Assembly (NCBI GenBank): GCA_002269645.1
Contig: NIVC01000275.1
Span: forward strand, 310,001 to 374,000
DNA from: Macrostomum lignano
Taxonomy: Eukaryota
Direction: 5' to 3'
DNA length: 64,000 bases
The notes under the pieces were generated by a model. The model did not search any database. It was not told where the DNA came from and saw only the letters and a program-made list of their open reading frames with translations. Shown here piece after piece: positions 1-10,800 of this stretch. The translations under genes were made by a program, and so were the position numbers. Position 1 is the first letter of the stretch, and the number at the start of each line of letters is the position of its first letter.

Positions 1-168
1 ACAGACACAAGAGTGCTGGACTACCATGACAGACACAAGAGTGCTGGACCACCATGACAGACACAAGAGTGCTGGACCACCATGACAGACACAAGAGTGC
101 TGGACTACCATGACAGACACAAGAGTGCTGGACCAACATGACAGACACAAGAGTGCTCGACCACCATG
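1..168. repeat. 28-bp minisatellite (ACAGACACAAGAGTGCTGGACYACCATG), 6 copies, runs off the window start
   Basis: Direct tandem copies start at 1, 29, 57, 85, 113 and 141. Confidence 0.95.
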
Positions 169-1376
169 GCAAGCAATACTCCAGATGTAGAGTCGCACGC
201 ACTACTGAGACCCCGAGTCACAGAATCAGTTGCAGCATAAACGTATTGAGAATGCTGAAGGTAAAACGTGTAGATCGCCAAGATCCACAGTAGGCCCTAC
301 TAACAGTAGCAAATGCCGCATTCCTACGTGGTTATTCGTCACTCCCGCTGCCAGACGCATCTCGGCAGCAGCTCAGGGCGATTGAATCTGCCAAGAATTA
401 CGAGGCAGCCCTCACCTGGATGTGCTGCGTGTCCACCCTGATGCTCGCGCTGGGAATTGCGACTCTCAAGCATTTGAGGTGAGCACCACTCATGCAGTGC
501 AGCTCTTGTCTGCTGCTATTGTAGTGTCTGTTTTCGAGGTCCAGTGCAGAATGTTTCAACAGTATCGAAGCGTATCGACTGCAACCCCCCTTAGCTGGCA
601 GCGTTTCCGGCAACCCGGCGCCCAGAGCGGGGCTTTGCCTGATCGAAAAAGCGATCACAGAAAAAGCGCTCAAGCAACTCTGCAGTAATTCTTCCCCCGC
701 TCCTCTCTGATTTCCAGATCTCGCAGACAATTGCAAAGCCAGAAACGGGAGCTGAGTGAGTTCAAGGCGCGTCTCTTTTGCTGCCTGCTTGCTTTTTTGA
801 TCGGAAAAATGTGATATTCCTTGGGCTCAAAGAGTTTGGTTTCTAGCGAGAATTTCACGCTTTGTCAGCAGCTGTTCAGGTCAATCGACAAAAAAGGCAA
901 GAATTTGAGCACCTCCATTTTCACTGCCTCAGTCCCAGCCAGAACTTTACCCTGCATGGCGCTTCTTAGTGTAGCTCGCATGCTCTGCAGCTGCGTCTTT
1001 TGTTTTGCTGCAAGCAGCCTGGCTTCAGCAGTGCAGCAGAGATGCTGGAAGCGCGAGAGACAAAGGAGCGCCGGCAACAATGGAGCAGATACAGTAGAGC
1101 ATGAGTAACAGCCTGAGCCGCTGCTCATCATTGGGACCAGTCTAGACCAATACCTAAGCTGCAACGCCATCTCCCAGACTCCCAGCTGCATCGCCTGCGC
1201 CTCTCTATCCCTCACTGCTCAGTCTCCCCTCGCCCCACCCCGCTGCCCACCAGCCAGAAAGGCTGCTGCCATTGAATGCCCCCATTAAAAAGGAGGAGAG
1301 CGGGACAGAGAGTAGGGATTGAGAACTGGTGGAGCACCCCCCCCCCACCCATCTGGAGGTGAGCGCATTCCATCTC

Positions 1377-1379
<3 letters not shown>

Positions 1380-1411
<32 letters not shown>
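1380..1411. repeat. (GA)n microsatellite
   Basis: Perfect GA run. Confidence 0.95.
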
Positions 1412-1412
<1 letters not shown>

Positions 1413-1850
1413 CACAGGAACGGAGCTAGTCACTTCACAGTGACCCAACACTGACCCCCCATAGACTCAAAATTGGCTTGCCCAGGTGGCGTGTGCGCGT
1501 TTTAGTGCTGCACTTATTTAATCAAGGGCCAGAGCTGACGCTGCGCCCCAGATCCGCTGAGCTGCTCTGTTGCTCCATCGCTTCTTCCCTCTCGCTAAAC
1601 ATTTGTTTGTTGTTTCTGGGCGCCCCATCATCTCCCCCGGCTATTGTGTCCCCAGCCTCCGCTCTCCATCGCCTCCAGCAGCCCCCCAACCTTGCCGCCG
1701 CCTACGAAGTCAGGACTTTTGTTTTAAAAAGAAGGCAGCTGAGAAAGCTTTGACTTCAGCAATTTGAGACCCATCAAATGGAGTTGGCCGGTCGCATCCC
1801 CCCTGCCGAGTCTTTGTCAGTTTCCAGCCCCCTTGTCTGAGCCAGCGGCC

Positions 1851-4800
1851 ATGTTCCTGTGGAAGGTCTGCAGTCTCATTCACGAGCGCAAAATTTTAGT
1901 GGAAGAGGAGCGCAGGCTGAACCGAGTCAGCCAGGACCCCATCGAAGCTGCCGCCTTCGTGAAGGAGCACCGGCGCAGGACCCGGAACAAGGAGCTGCAG
2001 TATGAGTACAAGGTGAGTAGCGGCTGGTTGTGGAGCTGCAGTATGAGTACAAGGTGAGTAGCGGCTGGTTGTGGAGCTGCAGTATGAGTACAAGGTGAGT
2101 AGCGGCTGGTTGTGGAGCTGCAGTATGAGTACAAGGTGAGTAGCGGCTGGTTGTGGAGCTGCAGTATGAGTACAAGGTGAGTAGCGGCTGGTTGTGGAGC
2201 TGCAGTATGAGTACAAGGTGAGTAGCGGCTGGTTGTGGAGCTGCAGTATGAGTACAAGGTGAGTAGCGGCTGGTTGTGGAGCTGCAGTATGAGTACATGC
2301 ACTGCAGACACGGACATGCACTGCAGACATGGACACGCACTCCAGACACGGACATGCACTGCAGACATGGACATGCACTGCAGACACGGACACGCACTGC
2401 AGACACGGACACGCACTGCAGACATGGACATGCACTGCAGACATGGACATGCACTGCAGACATGGACATGCACTGCAGACACGGACACGCACTGCAGACA
2501 CGGACATGCAGACACGGACATGCAGACATGGACATGCAGACATGGACATGCAGACATGGACATGCAGACACGGACATGCAGACATGGACATGCAGACATG
2601 GACATGCAGACACGGACATGCACTGCAGACATGGACATGCACTGCAGACATGGACATGCACTGCAGACATGGACATGCACTGCAGACATGGACATGCACT
2701 GCAGACATGGACATGCACTGCAGACACGGACACTCACTGCAGACACGGACATGCAGACACGGACATGCAGACATGGACATGCAGACATGTACATGCAGAC
2801 ACGGACATGCAGACATGGACATGCACTGCAGACACGGACATGCAGACATGGACATGCAGACATGGACATGCAGACACGGACATGCACTGCAGACACGGAC
2901 ACGCGCTGCAGACACGGACACGCACTGCAGACACGGACATGCACTGCAGACACGGACATGCAGACACGGACATGCAGACATGGACATGCACTGCAAACAC
3001 GGACATGCAGACACGGACATGCAGACACGGACATGCACTGCAGACGCGGACCTCAGGGTATTATCGCGGGAAGACACTCGTGTCGTAGGGACTCCACAGT
3101 ATGCAGTCAGTCAATGGCTAATTCATTCAAGCTGAGATTCAAGCTTGAAGATTCTCGACGCATTTTTCTCGAAAGTCGCCTTACCAGAGTGAAACGGCTT
3201 GACTTGAGGCGCTGCTCTGTCTCCAAGCGGGAAATTTCTACTTTGATGAAAAATTAATCTCTGCTTGCCTGACAGGGTAGAGAGAACAACTGGCTCCACA
3301 AGCCGCCGGCTCAAAGCATTTATCGATTGGCACCAGGGCTCCCATCATGGCTTGGGTCTGTATCATCGCTCTCTCACGCGTCTTCAGTGGCAGCTGCCAC
3401 AATTGCTTTTTTTCCTGTTTCTGCGCAAAGCTGGCAAGCTGAGTTTTGAGCACAGACTCAGGCAGACTCAGGGCTGCTGCCAATTTTCTGAAGCTGATTC
3501 CATTATTTAGCAAAGCTCCACACAGTCTGAAGAGTTCAATAAGTTCAACGTTGTCTTTAGCCGTATCGGATTTCGCTGGATTAATGAGATTATGAAAAAT
3601 GAGCTTTTCGATCTCAATTGTCCTTTTCAGGCTATCGAGCAAATCTCTGTGGGCGAGAAGCAGTCGGTGAGGAAATCAAAAATGAAATTTAATCGAGAAA
3701 GACTCGTCAATAATTGAAATCCCCAGGGGCCACAAAGCAAACTTCCCAAAGTTTGCCACCTCAGCTCCCCAGGGTCTGCCAGCTCAGCTCCTCAGGGTCT
3801 GCCAGCTCAGCTCCTCAGGGTCTGCCACCTCAGCTCCTCAGGGTCTGCCAGCTCAGCTCCTCAGGGTCTGCCAGCTCAGCTCCTCAGGGTCCGCCACCTC
3901 AGCTCCTCAGGGTCCGCCACCTCAGCTCCTCAGGGCCCGCCACCTCAGCTCCTCAGGGCCCGCCACCTCAGCTCCTCAGGGCCCGCCACCTCAGCTCCTC
4001 AGGGCCCGCAAACACACCTCTATTAAAGCGCCATCCCTGAATCCCCGAATCCACAGGCCAGCATCAGAAGCGAAGGTCAGCACAAGGTTGCTGAGGCCGC
4101 CAAGCTGCCGTGCAATAAAGAGAAAAACCTCAGTGAACGAGTCCTGCCGTGTGAGTGCCGCACCAACAGGTTGCATTCGTAAAGATTAATTGGGATCGGT
4201 GCCCTCATTCATGTCATCTTCCGATCTCCATTCACCAACCGCTCCTCATTCACCGATCTCCCCGACTCCCCATTCACCAACCGCTCCTCATTCACCGATC
4301 TCCCCGACTCCCCATTCACCAACTAAACCTCATTCACCGATCTCCTCGACTCCCCATTCACCAACCGCACCTCATTCACCGATCTCCCCGACTCCCCTTT
4401 CACCAACTAAACCTCATTCACCGATCTCCCCGACTCCCCATTCAACAACTAAACCTCATTCACCGATCTCCCCGACTCCCCTTTCACCAACCGCACCTCA
4501 TTCACCGATCTCCCCGACTCCCCATTCACCAACCGCACCTCATTCACCGATCTCCCCGACTCCCCTTTCACCAACCGCTCCTCATTCACCGATCTCCCCG
4601 ACTCCCCATTCACCAACCGCACCTCATTCACCGATCTCCTCGACTCCCCATTCACCAACCGCACCTCATTCACCGATCTCCTCGACTCCCCATTCACCAA
4701 CCGCACCTCATTCACCGATCTCCCCGACTCCCCTTTCACCAACCGCTCCTCATTCACCGATCTCCCCGACTCCCCATTCACCAACCGCACCTCATTCACC

Positions 4801-7800
4801 GATCTCCTCGACTCCCCATTCACCAACCGCACCTCATTCACCGATCTCCTCGACTCCCCATTCACCAACTAAACCTCATTCACCAAGCTTCCGGTTTCCC
4901 ATTTACCGACTAAACCTCATTCACCGATCTCCCTAATCCCCATTCACTAACTCCACCTCATTCACGGATCTCCTAGATTCTATTCACCAACTAAACGTCA
5001 TTCACCAATTTCCCTTATCCCCATTCACCGACTAAACCTCATTCACCGATCTCCCCTCTCCCCAGACGAACGCAACATAGTCCGCCTGGAGCCGGGTCTG
5101 GGCGAGCCCGACGTGGCTGAGGGCGGCGGCTACATGAACGCCAGCTGGATTGATGTGAGAAAAAGTTTTAATGGCTTCTGCTCAATTTTTTATCACGAGC
5201 ATCCGATAGTTTACGATCTCTTAATCCCCAAATTATCGGCAGGGCTACAACCAGCCCAAGAAGTTCATTGCCGCCCAGGGCCCCCTGGCGGCTACTAAAA
5301 ATGACTTCTGGCGAATGGTGTGGCAGTACCGCTGCTGCTGCATCGTCATGACTACGAATCTGTTTGAGCACGCCAGGGTGAGTCGAGAGTCTTAAGCCTC
5401 CCTGGCTTAATCCCCTTATACCGGATTAGCTACTCCAAACTGATTCAGAAATTTTGCTGGTCCAAACTTATAGCAACAGTGCGACAAGTACTGGCACAAT
5501 GTCTATGCCAGGTTTGGCGACATTGACGTGTGGCTTGACGACCTGTACTCAACTGCCGAGTACGAGAGCCGGCTGTTCAAGGTTAAAAAGGTGAGTGGCT
5601 TTGTCTAGATTAGTGCCTAGATTAGTGCCTAGATCAGTGCATAGATCAGTGCATAGATCAGTGCATAGATCAGTGCATAGATCAGTGCATAGATCAGTGT
5701 ATAGATCAGTGCATAGATCAGTGCATAGATCAGTGTATAGATCAGTGCATAGATCAGTGTATAGATCAGTGCATAGATCAGTGCATAGATCAGTGTATAG
5801 ATCAGTGCATAGATCAGTGTATAGATCAGTGCATAGATCAGTGCATAGATCAGTGCATAGATCAGTGCATAGATCAGTGCATAGATCAGTGCATAGATCA
5901 GTGCATAGATCAGTGCATAGATCAGTGTATAGATCAGTGCATGTCTTCACCTCCGCCTCGCCAGGCCGGCTGCGAGACGCGGCTGGTCCGGCAGTTCCAG
6001 TTCAAGAACTGGAGCCACTTCGACACGCCGCTACCAACCACGGTGATCGAAATTCGACGCAAAGTCAACGACTGGGTGCGCGGCAAATGCGCACCAATCA
6101 TCGTGCACTGCAGGTTGGTCACGTGACAGCCTGTGACGTTGTGACGCTGTTTATTTAAAGTTCTTATCGAAAAGTACGAATTGTTTTTATTGCGCTCCCG
6201 TTACCAATGTGGCGCCCCAGATGCCAAAGTGGCGCCCCAGATGCCAAAGTGGCGCCCCAGATACCAAGGTGGCGCCCCAGATGCCAAAGTGGCGCCCCAG
6301 ATACCAAAGTGGCGCCCCAGATACCAAAGTGGCGCCCCAGATACCAAAGTGGCGCCCCAGATACCAAAGTGGCGCCCCAGATACCAAAGTGCCGCCCCCG
6401 ATACCAAAGTGGCGCCCCCGATACCAAAGTGCCGCCCCCGATACCAAAGTGGCGCCCTTTGGCATGCACGAGTCGAATGCGGATTGTGAAATAACTACAA
6501 TATTAAAATTAATATCTTAAACGGAAAATCTCGCACAAGATATTCTTACCCAGCGTCTGGTCCCACTGACATTGCCTGTCCTTGGCTCTCTTCCGGTTTA
6601 AAAAAAACTTTTTTTGCAACGCCACACCAGAAGAAGCGAGCCTGAGTAGCAATGGCCCAACCCCACGACAGCAGGAAGCGGAGCATCCAGATCCCTCTAC
6701 ACGGCACAATGCCTCCTGGCTCTTTTAGTCCATTCAATTTCCTGATTTTGAAACTCAAATCTTTGCCGATCTCTTTTTAACCCCCCCCCCTGAGTCCGGC
6801 ACTGCCGGAACCTCCGCTGTCCGCGTTCAGGGACAGAATTAATATCCCATTTTTTACTTTTAACTGACTGCACCTCCGCATCCTGGAACTGGGTGGGCAT
6901 TGTGCCAACTTATTTGAATGATGCTTCTAAGATAAAATACTGCGCAGCACAATCTATAAAGCTTGAATGCGTACTTTTCTAAATTTTAAAGACCAGACTA
7001 ATAAATGATCGGCCCCTAGTACCTGAACTTGGCGCCCCTAGTACCTGAACTTGGCGCCCCTAGTACCTGAACTTGGCGCCCCCTAGTACCTGAACTTGGC
7101 GCCCCCTAGTACCTGAATTTGGCGCCCCTAGTACCTGAACTTGGCGCCCCCTAGTACCTGAACTTGGCGCCCCTAGTACTCTTGATTGTACCGTCGACAT
7201 TTACCTAAACAAAGTCCTCATAAAATCCGAAAAGTCCTGAAAATCTTCCGAAACCGCTCCCTGACCCAGCGACGGGGCGGGCCGCACCGGTACGTACATC
7301 TGCATTGACATCGAAGTCAGCAAGGCGGAGGACGGCCGGCCCATTGACATTCTTCAGCAGACGCTGGCGCTGCGCAAAGCCCGGCCAGGCCTGGTGGGCA
7401 ACCTCAGCCAGTACCGGTTCGTGTACGAGACTGTGGCCACGGCGCTGGCCTGCCGACCGACCACCGTGAAGGTGTTCGACTTCGCTAAGCTGACCGCTAG
7501 GATGGCCCAGCGCGACCCGTCGGGTGGCAGCCAGGCGACCGGCTTCTCGGCGGAGTTCACCTGCCTGGCCGGCCTGGTGAAGCCGCTCAGCGTCGGCGAG
7601 TGCGCGGGCGGGCATCGGGCGGAGAATCGATGGAAAAGTCGAGACGTCATGGTGCAGCCGCGTGAGTCCCTGGCTAGCAGCTGGACTACCAAGAGCGGGG
7701 TGCAGGAGCACTGACTGGGCTGACTCCACTGCCCGTTGCAAACGTTAGCGTAGATGAGAATCGCTAAAAAATTCGTTTGTCTTTTTAACGACTCAAACTC

Positions 7801-10800
7801 GTTGTGCTGACGCTTAACTTTCGCTAGAGATGTGACTCAACTTCATCAAGCGACGAAAATGCGCTTCAAACACAACTCAGTGACTCTACAGCGACTCAAG
7901 CACGCCTCAAATACGACTCTACCGCCCAGAGTAGCTATACTGTCAAGCCAGAGTCACTTGCGTCTACCGCCCAGAGTAGTTTTACTGTCAAGCCAGAGTC
8001 ACTTGCGTCGACCGCCCCAGAGTAGCTATACTGTCAAGCTAGAGTCACTTGCGTCGACCGCCCCAGAGTAGCTATACTTTCAAGCCAGAGTCACTTGCGT
8101 CGACCGCCCCAGAGTCGTTTCAGAGTCGCAGACAATAAAACGCTTCAAAGTGACTTTTGGGCGAATCTTTGATGACTTTTTTGGCGGCTTTAAACGTGAA
8201 ATCTCGTCGTTTTAGAGTTTAGTCCCACGTCACTTCTTTCTTATTTTACCTGTACCACCTGCAACGACTCTAAAACGACTCTGGGGCGACACAAGTGACT
8301 CTGAGACGCTTCTTGGCCCAGGTACCGTTTTCATCGGGCTGATGCTAGAATCTCAGAAATTCAGTAGCTCACCCAATCAAGGTGTCAGGTGCAAGTCGCA
8401 ATTAGCTATCTGATGATATTTCGTCTATTGAAAGTGCATGGATTACGGAATGGTAGACTCGCTGAGGGTGCTCAGAGTGTCTGCAGCATCAGCAGCACCC
8501 TGTGAGCAGTAGGACTCGACGCGGATGATGTGGCCTACCGCCTGGAGTCTCCGACGACGAGGCAGATCCTGGGGCAGGTTCTTGACTTGGCCCTGTTAAA
8601 AACCTTCTTACAACCTGGATCATCGCCTGAAACAACGTTGCCCTCTGTCCGACAGAAGATGCAAGGCAGCCAAGACGAAATCCTTGATCCATCCCAGGTT
8701 AATTAATCACTGTCAAACCGTCCAGCTGACTTTACACGTCGGGCTTCATTTATCAAATATGATTTTTAATCTTTTTGTTTGTCAGAGCTGTCAATGAAGT
8801 ACAAGCTGCTCATTAAGTTTGCTAGATCGTTGGTTCCGTGTTCTTGAATTTAAAATTATCACCTGATTTCCGCGCCACCTTCAGCCGAGCGAGCCAGGCC
8901 CTACCTGCTGACGCAGGACAGCGCGTCCAGCACGGACTTCATCAATGCTGTCTATGTTGATGTGAGTAAATTGTAGGGCTCGGTGGCAGCTCCCTAAATT
9001 TCTAGACATACCCCGTTAAATTATACGAATAGCCCAGTGTTCATACTCTGAAATGCTCTATGAGCATTGTGCCCACTAAAAGTATATTATCTAAAATACC
9101 ACTGGCAGGGGCATAGTCGGACCAATCAGTACATTGTGACCCAGTGGCCGCTGAAGAATACTGTCTGCGACTTCTGGAAGTTAATCCACGATCACCACGT
9201 GTCAGTGGTGGTGCTGCTGTCCGACTCCAGCCGTGGCGGCACCGGCTCGCAGCCGAGATTCTGGCCAGCTGAGACCGGCTCGGAGCAGGGATTCGGCTCA
9301 GTGTTTGCCATCAAGCAGGACGAGTTGAGAGTCACCGAGAGTGTGCTCTGCAGGATGCACGCCGTTACAAAGGTCAGGAATTCTGATAGAATATTTCTAG
9401 CACTTAAAAAAAAACTTTTATTCCTTCTAGCATATGGATGGCTACTTAGACTAACTTGTTAGTCCTAAATTCGACTAACATCAGAAACGCAATAGTCCTC
9501 ATCCATCTCACGAGAGCGTCAATAAAGATTCGTCAGCTAACAGACCTGATCTTGGCTGCTGTGTACACGAGTATCGGGCGGGGTAGGAAAACTGCGGCTG
9601 GGGTGGGTGCCGAGTGTATAAGCATTAATCGATAAACTTCACCCACCCCACTCCCCGCTGGGGTTAACGTAAGTCGCTTAGCAGACAGATCTAATTAAGG
9701 GGGGTTGCGGACGTGGGGATAGGAAAATTGGGGTGTTGGGGGTTGGGGTCCTTTGCCGGAAAATCGATAAGACCTACTCCCCACTCGATATGGTAGCGCA
9801 GTTAAAAATATTACTTTTATTAATATACACTACATGTGAGAATTATGCTCGTAGATTGATCTTATAGCTCGTAAGCGATAAAAAAGCCACTATCTCTAAC
9901 CAAAAACAATGTCTCTTTGAAGGACAAATTATTTTCCTACGAATTAGCTATCAAGGTCGGCTGGTCCAACAGTTCAGTTTCTATGAAATATCGGTGGCCT
10001 GTACAATCTCTCTCGATGCGGGGAGCGTGAGTGTGCCCTTAGTTCCACGAAATCAACTTCCCAATTCATCACCAGGTCCAGTGTTTGGGCCTGGAGAAGT
10101 GGAGGTTAGAGAGAGAGAGGGCGGTCGGGCTCAAACCTGTCTTTAATCCCTCCAGCTTCCCCATCTAACAGGCGGGCGGCACGCCAGCCTGTCAAAGGAG
10201 GATCTCGGGGTGCAAGAGTGGACTTTATGGCGGCCTGGCAGGCTGGAGGGCAAAAGGGGAAAGGTGCTGAGCTGGAAAGTGAGAGCATAGAGAGGGAGAG
10301 AGAGCAGAGAATTGAGGGTAAGAAGGCGCTGCCATGGTCTACAACCACCCTGCAGACCAAACTGAAGGGGATTTTTTCAAAAAAGCCCAACCCATGAAAA
10401 GCCTGATGAATTGTTTCCCAAGAGCAGCGGCCGCCCTGCATCCCGCGCGATATTGGGCCTCGACACGCAGATTGACTTGCACTGCACTGATAGGGACGAG
10501 CCAACCCGACTGCAAGGGAAGCCGGCTCGGAGATGTTGGGAATAAAGTAGCATTATTAAGTGGAAGAGGAGTTGAAATTTACCCCCCTCTGCAGCTCAGA
10601 GCAGACGTCTCTCTTCAGCCAGCTTAGCAGCGTTCCAGCAATCGGGGTGGTTGGAAATATGTTCCATGAAAACGTCTTTGCTGAGAACTTCAATAATATA
10701 ATTGCACTGGGCCACCCGGCCGTCAATCCGGCTCCCATGACTTGGGCCTATCTGCCTATGCCAGTGTTTGCTTATCTCCTCACTTCAACCGGCCCACCCC

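Noticed and set aside
1880-3257. Long Cys/His-rich ORFs (268-393 aa) on both strands
   Set aside because: Translations of the 41-bp and 14/19-bp tandem arrays in PTP intron 1.
9923-10026. Possible extra PTP exon (RLVQQF in one frame, YRWP in another)
   Set aside because: The motifs are in different frames, and exon 9 joins exon 10 in phase 0, where exon 10 already supplies the VRHVAF...WP segment.
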